From assembly GCA_951406725.2 (NCBI GenBank), contig OX597835.1:35278001-35342000 (forward strand): a stretch of 64,000 nt of DNA. The letters are read 5' to 3'. Position numbers and translations under genes: made by a program. This DNA is from Octopus vulgaris (lineage: Eukaryota). Positions 56,775 to 64,000 of the stretch are shown here, piece by piece (the first letter of the stretch is position 1; each line of letters opens with the position of its first letter). A model generated the notes under the pieces. That model saw only the letters and a list, made by a program, of their open reading frames with translations, was not told the origin of the DNA and searched no databases.

Positions 56775-57858
56775 ACACTCTCTCTTTCTCACTCTCTCAC
56801 TCTCTCCTTATTTCTCTTTCGATTTTTCTTCTCTCTCTCTCTTTCTCCCTCTCTTCCTCTCTCCGTATTTCTTACTCATTGTTCTCTCACTCTTTCTCTT
56901 CCCCTTCACTCTCTATATATCTATCTGCCTCTCTGCGTTTCTATATCTCTTTTCTCTTTCTTTCTCTTTCCCTTGCTCTCACCATTTTCACTCTCTTCTT
57001 CTCTCTCTTCATTTCTCCCTCTCTTTCTCTATCTCTCCGTCTCTCTCTTTATTTCTCACTCACCTTCTTTCTTTTCCCCTTCACTCTCTATATATCTGTC
57101 TGTCTCTCTCCGTTTCTATCTCTCTCTTCCCTTTCTTTCTCTTTCCCCTGCTCTCACTATTTTTCTCTCTCTTCCTCTCTCTTTCCATTTCTCTCTCTTC
57201 CTTTCTGTCTCCCCTTCTCCCTCTATATATACCTGTCTGTCTGTGTTTCTCTGTCACTTCTCATTCATTCTCTTTCCTCCGCTCTCACTGTTTCTTTCTC
57301 TCTTCTCTCTCTGTTTTTCTCTCCTTTTTCTCTCTGTTTCTCTTTCCACTTCCACAGTTCTCTTTCTACTTCCCTCTCTCCTCTTCTCTCTCCCTCTCTG
57401 TCTTTGCCTTTCTCTTCCTTTCTCTCTCCATATATCTCTATATCTCGCTGCGTTTCTATTTGTTTCTCTCTCTCTCCATCTATCTTTCTCACTTGTGTCT
57501 CTATTTCTCTCTTTCCTTCTCTCTCATTTTCTTTCTCCTTCTCACTCCATTTCCTTCTCTTTCTGCTTCTCTCTCTCCTCTCCCTTTCTCCTCATCTCTC
57601 CCCTTTTTACCTTTCTCTCTCCCTCTCTCTCCTCTTCTATCTCTTCCTTTTGCCTTTCTCTCCCTTTCTCTCACTGTGTTTCCTTATCTTTCTGTTTCTC
57701 TCTCTTTCCTTCTCTCTCATTTTCTTGCTCCTTCTCACTGTATTTCCTTCTCTCTCTCTTCTCTCTCTTTCCCCTCCCCTCTCTTCTATTTTATCTTTCT
57801 CTCCTCTTCTCTCGCACTCTCTCCCTCTGACTCTCTCTCTCACTCGTTCCCTCTCTTT
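56775..57858. repeat. About 1.1-kb degenerate CT-rich polypyrimidine tract
   Basis: Visible base composition. Confidence 0.95.
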
Positions 57859-58189
57859 ACTCAAATATCAGATCAACGTTTCCATTTAACCATAATCTTC
57901 TTTAGTATAATTTACCGAGAGACACATCAACAAAGAATCACCATAAATATATGATTTATAATCCGATTGAAGGTTTAAATAAAATAGAAATAAATATATA
58001 AACAACAATTAAACTAAAATCTCCTAACAAAATGAAATAAAAATAAGATAAAAATAACATGAGGAAGAAGCGATGACAAAAAGTTGAAGTGAAAAAATAA
58101 AATAAAATAAAATAAAATAAAATAAAATAAAATAGAATACCGACTGTGTTGAAATCTCAAATGACAATATTTAGATAAGGAGGATGAAA

Positions 58190-58288
58190 ATAAAGAAGAA
58201 GAAGAAGAAGAAGAAGAAGAAGAAGAAGAAGAAGAAGAAGAAGAAGAAGAAGAAGAAGAAGAAAAAGAAGGAGAAGAAGAAGAACGGC

Positions 58289-58334
<46 letters not shown>

Positions 58335-59858
58335 GCAGCAGCAGCAGCAACAAAAACAGCAACATTGAAAACGAAAGTGAAAGTACAACCGAAGTGCAGT
58401 TTAATAGGACAAGTAAAAATAGAAAAACAAAAAACAAGAACAAGAAAACAAAAGAAAAAAAGAACAAAGAAAAAGAAAAACCAAGGGTTGTGGAAAAGCA
58501 GAACAGAATACAAGTGTTGTATTCGTCGTCGTAGAATAATCAGAATAAAGGTGCTGCTGCTGCTGCTGTTGGAGGTGATGATGGTGATGATGATGATAAT
58601 GGTAACGATCAGGTTGATGATGATGTGGTGTTGGTGTTGGGGTTTTTTAGCTTATGGCGCTGATAGCGCTAAAGGCGATGATGAAGCTGATGGTGATGAT
58701 GATTATGATGACAATGATGACGGTGGTAAGAGTAGCGATGACGATGATGAAGGTAATGATAATGAGGATAATGGTGATGATGATGATTAAGATGATGATG
58801 GTGGTGAAGACGACGACGACGACGATGATGATGATGATGATAACAATGGCGGCCAAGACGGCGGCAACAATGATTATGATGTGTGGGAAGAGGGGGGGGA
58901 GAGTGAAAAAAAAGGAGAGGGGAAAAAGACGAGGAGGGAGAGAAGAAGAAGCTGATTATATGATGATGAGGAGGAGGAGGTGGAGGAGGAAAGAGAAGAA
59001 GAAGAAGAATGAGAGGAAGAAGAAGAAGACTTAGAAGACTTAGAAGAAGAAGAAGAAGAAGAAGAAGAAGAAGAAGAAGAAGAAGAAGAAGAAGAAGAAG
59101 AAGAAGAAGAAGAAGAAGAAGAAGAAGAAGAAGAAGAAGAAAGAAGAAGAAGAGAAGAAGAAGAATTAGAAGAAGAAGAAGAAGAAGAAGAAGAAGAAGA
59201 AGAAGAAGAAGAAGAAGAAGAGAAGAAGAAGAAGAAGGAATTAGAATTAGAATTAGAAGACGAAGAAGAAGAAGAAGAATTAGAAGAAGAAGAAGAAGAA
59301 GAAGAAGAAGAAGAAGAAGAAGAAGAAGAAGAAGAAGAAGAAGAAGAAGAAGAAGAAGAAGAAGAAGAAGCAGCAACAGCAACAATAACTAACGATAAGC
59401 GTTTTACGATTAGGATATATAAAAGAAATAAAGAAGGAAAAGAAAGCCGAAGTAAAGAAAGAACACAGACACAAGATAATGAATAAGAATTTGAGAAAGA
59501 AGATGGAAGAACTGAAATCCTGCTCACCGAAAGCCAATAATATATCTTTGGAAGAATCATTTAGCAATTTATAGAGACTGTGACAATATCGCTACTTTAA
59601 AGATGTTTTAAATATTTAAACGAAGAAATTGCAATCAATCGCCAGGAAAAATTAACGTAAAAACCAATTTAATTCTAATTAATATTGTATTTACGGTTTT
59701 ATGGTAGCCGGTTTTTTTTTGTGTTTTTATGTTTTTGTTTTTGTTGTTTGGTTTATTTGCATTTTTGTTTTTCCGTTTATTATTTTTTTTGTTCGTTCTC
59801 GGATTTGCCCTCACCCCCCGCCACCCCCTATGCCTGTTGATATCGTCGTCGTTGTCTA

Positions 59859-59907
<49 letters not shown>

Positions 59908-60390
59908 CATCATCATCATCAGGTTGATAGCGGGGATGATGATGATGATGATGATGATGATTAAGTTAAAGGGGATGATGGTGATGCTGATAATGTTGGT
60001 GATAGAGGTAATGATGGTGGTGGTGGTGGTTGTGGTGGTGATGGTGATGATGTTGTTGATAACGATGACGACGATGATGATGATGATGATGACGATGATG
60101 ATGATAATGATACATCATCGTTATTATCATGATCGCCATAATGATGATGATCATCATCATCCTCATCATAGCCATCATCATCATTATCGCCAGCATCGCC
60201 GTCATTGTCCTCATCGCTGCCACCAGGCCACTACAGCCATGATGGGTGTAGGTAGGGTGGGGACAGTATCAGTACCAGCTCTTCTACCCTTCAACGTGAT
60301 GAGGATGATAATGATGATGATGATGATGATGAACATTACCATCGTCATCAACGTCATCGTCGTCGTCATCATCACCGTCATTGTCATCAT
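58190..60390. repeat. Trinucleotide-repeat-rich region: (GAA)n, (CAA)n, (GAT)n, (ATT)n
   Basis: Visible simple repeats. Confidence 0.9.
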
Positions 60391-62559
60391 CACGCCAGTT
60401 CTTTTATTAATACCAATATTCCCCTAACCCCACTCCCATCACTACCCCTCCCCCCATCGACATCCACATCTCTTTAACTCCTCCTTCTCCCTTCCTAATT
60501 CTCCCACTCCACACCCCTTCCGCCTTTCTAATCAATTTCTAATTCGCTAATTGACAACGATGAGTACTTACAATGTTATCTTTTCTTATATCCAACACAA
60601 AGTAGAAGATCGTATAATGATATCCAGATGATATCCAGTCAAATATACCACGTCTTAGCATGTAATCATCTTACGGTAATATCTTTTACGTTTTATTTGT
60701 ATTAGTTATTGGGCTACGGCCATGCTGGGGCTCCGCCTTGGAAGGATTCAGTCGAACAAATCGAACCCCATTACGTAGTTTTAAAATCTGGTACTCATTC
60801 TATGTTCTCTGATGTCGAACTGCTAAGTTATGGGGGAATAAATAAACCCACACCGGTTTTCAAATGGTGGTGGGAACAAATACAGGATCCCACACAAAAT
60901 TACATACATACACACACACACAGACTGCTGCATACGCATATATAACATTCGGGTTTCAAATGCTGGGACAAGGCCAGAAAGTTTGGAGGTGGGAGTTAGT
61001 TGATCACATCGACCCCGGGACGCAACTGGTACTTATTTTATCGAACCCTCGCTCCCTCCCCCGAATGCATGAGTCAAAGTTGACCTCGGTGGAATTTGAA
61101 CTCAGAACGTAAAGACGGACGAAATGCCGAGAAGTCTCCTTACACACACACACACACACACACACATGAATAAAATGGACTTCCATACAGCTATTGTCTC
61201 CCAAATTCACTCACAAAGCATTGGTCGAGCCAGGGTTGTAGTAGATAATAATATCCCAAGGTGCCATGCAGTGGGATCGATCATGAAACCACGTGGTTGT
61301 AAAGTGAGATTCTTAACCATATATCTATTCGTGCTCCTACATAATGTTAAGTTATCTGATCAAGTGGATACTTCTAGTTTCAGTAATTTTTCATTCTTTT
61401 ATTTTTTATTCTTTCATTTGCTTCAGTCATTTGACTGCGGCCATGCTGGAGCACCGCCTTTTAGTCGAGCAAATCGACCCCAGGACTTATTCTTTGCAAG
61501 CCTAGTACTTATTCTATCGGTTCATATTGATTTGGTTTTAACATTTTTGTTTGTGTTCATAAAACTCACACACACACACGCATACACACACGTGTTTCTT
61601 ACTGCCAAACAATACAAGCATTTCAAATTATCTTTAGTTCCCTTCATAAAATATATTATATAATATATATGTGTGGGGGGAGGGTGGTACCCGCGCGTGT
61701 GTGTATGCATGCCTATATAAGTTATACGTTTTACAAATGTATTCAGTACTTTCTTGAACAGTAGCTTTCGTAATAGTTTGCTTAACCGCATGCGTATACA
61801 CACACACACAGATACACACACACACACGCGCGCGTATGCACATCCATTTAGTATTAAACGAACCTTGCAAACGTTGTGTCACTGAAACCTACAAAATCTT
61901 TTCTAAATTCCTACTACTGACCTACAACTCTTAGTCTCGTTTTGCAGACGGAAAGTCTTCAAGAGTTGTCATACCTATACATTTCTCTAACGACTGAACA
62001 CGTCAATCACGTGCCTCTTCGCCCATTCTATAAATAAACCACGATACAATAAGGAAATTCCTATAAATGACTAATTCTCTAAACCACAACATTCTTCTAT
62101 ATCCATTACAATTATCAAGAATTCTATGCAATTATCCACATAGATATCTACTAAAAGATTTTATCAACACAAGAATGGAGCGGAAAATTTCAAACAACAA
62201 CAAGAATTACAATCACTCTCAGACCTAAATTTTCTTACAACTCAAACCAGTATTGTGTACAAACATTTATGAACCTTTAAACAGCACATCACCATCCAGC
62301 AAGCTCAACAGCTCTATACAAAATGCATTCTGATTTGTCATAAGGTAATCGTGAATCAACATATTGCGATTTGAATGACACACCTGCCTCGTGAACCCTT
62401 GTACAAGTTAACTCATAACACCTTACTTATAGAATATTTAGGTGTCACAATGTAAATAACAATTAACCATATAGAAACACTCTCTTTTGCTTGTGTCCTG
62501 CCTATATGAATTAGACAAGAGAGTTTGTTGAGAAAATTGTTTTGACAGAAACTTATTAC

Positions 62560-63142
62560 CTATTTCTTTACTACCCACAAGGGGCTAAAGACAGAGAGGA
62601 CAAACAAGGACAGACAGACGGATTAAGTCGATTATATCGACCCCAGTGCGTAACTGGTACTTATTTAATCGACCCCGAAAGGATGAAAGGCAAAGTCGAC
62701 CTCGGCGGAATTTGAACTCAGAACGTAACGGCAGACGAAATACCTATTTCTTTACTACCTACAAGGGGCTAAACACAGAGGGGACAAACAAGGACAGACA
62801 AATGGATTAAGTCGATTATATCGACCACACTGTGTAACAGGTAATTATTTATCGATCCCGAAAGGATGAAAGGCAAAGTCGACCTCGGCGGAATTTGAAG
62901 TCAGAACGTAACGGCAGACGAATACCTATTTCTTTACTAAGGGCTAAACACAGAGGGGACAAACAAGGATAGACAAAGGGATTAAGTCGATTACATCGAC
63001 CCCAGTGCGTAACTGGTACTTATTTAATCGACCCCGAAAGGATGAAAGGCAAAGTCGACCTCGGCGGAATTTGAACTCAGAACGTAGCGACAGACGAAAT
63101 ACTGCTGAGCATTTCGCCCGGCGTGCTAACGTTTCTGCCAGC
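62560..63142 (-). mobile_element. Tandem trimer of family-B SINE
   Basis: Three units of about 185 bp joined at gacgaa(a)tac|ctatttctttact. Confidence 0.9.
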
Positions 63143-63271
63143 TTTTATCAATTCAATAATGAAAAATAAAATTACACCATTTAGAAAAATTACATATTAT
63201 AGAAAGATTAAATATAAGATAAAACATATATTGAATTGATAAAAGGTGTTTTTTTCCTAATATATATACAT

Positions 63272-63340
<69 letters not shown>

Positions 63341-63393
63341 TACATAAATAAATAAATATATATATATATATACATACATAAATAAATAAATGA

Positions 63394-63424
<31 letters not shown>

Positions 63425-63488
63425 TTCGTGAAAATTGATTTAGTATTTATAAATTGAATTTTCCCCTGTAAGTTTGGAATAATATTCC

Positions 63489-63657
<169 letters not shown>

Positions 63658-63667
63658 GTATGTAGTG

Positions 63668-63983
63668 AGGGCGCGTGGCTTAGTGGTTAGGGCATTCGGC
63701 TCATGATCGTAAGGTTGTGAGTTCGATTCCCGGCGACGCGTTGTGTCCTTGAGCAAGACACTTTATTTCACGTTGCTCCAGTCCACTCAGCTGGCAAAAA
63801 TGAGTTGTACTTGTATTTCAAAGGGTCAGCCTTGTTACTCTCTGTGTCACGCTGATTATCCCCGAGAACTACGTTAAGGGTACACGTGTCTGTGGAATGC
63901 TTAGCCATTTGCACGTTAATTTCACGAGCAAGCTGTTCCGTTGATCGTATCAGCTGGGACCCTCGTCGTCGTAACCGGCGGAG
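63668..63983 (+). mobile_element. Family-C SINE, full length
   Basis: tggcttagtggtt A box, gagttcgattccc B box; homologous to 19578-19873. Confidence 0.9.
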
Positions 63984-64000
63984 TAAAAGCAAGCATATGT

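Noticed and set aside
58500-60430. Minus-strand low-complexity frames as a possible Hmx exon 1
   Set aside because: Interrupted by stops; no convincing eh1 motif or splice donor identified by eye
62560-63142. CRISPR-like or satellite array
   Set aside because: Units are SINE copies with no repeat-spacer structure; eukaryotic context

Overview
AT-rich, microsatellite-saturated animal genomic DNA. The SINE families and repeat landscape suggest an octopus or other coleoid cephalopod (inference). The only host gene I can support is the homeobox-containing last exon of an HMX/NK5 gene (minus strand, 29728-30401); its upstream exon(s) could not be found. The rest is transposon debris and simple repeats. 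This includes a near-complete Penelope-like retroelement (RT + GIY-YIG, 1-4190) joined to an inverted copy of its own 3' end, a Neptune-like GIY-YIG fragment, mariner/Tc1, R4/Dong and CR1-like fragments, a Helitron-like end, nested MITEs and four tRNA-derived SINE families. The main hidden signal, invisible in the ORF track, is 12 complete type-I hammerhead-ribozyme-like folds plus partial or deleted copies, from about 10 unrelated sequence families. Most lie in short Penelope-type 3'-end elements embedded in (TA)n tracts, often with an inverted-end (foldback) architecture, palindromic stem III and recurrent non-canonical core substitutions (U4C, A6U, A9C). All folds were done by eye and ribozyme activity is untested. 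Most ORFs in the track are microsatellite artefacts.
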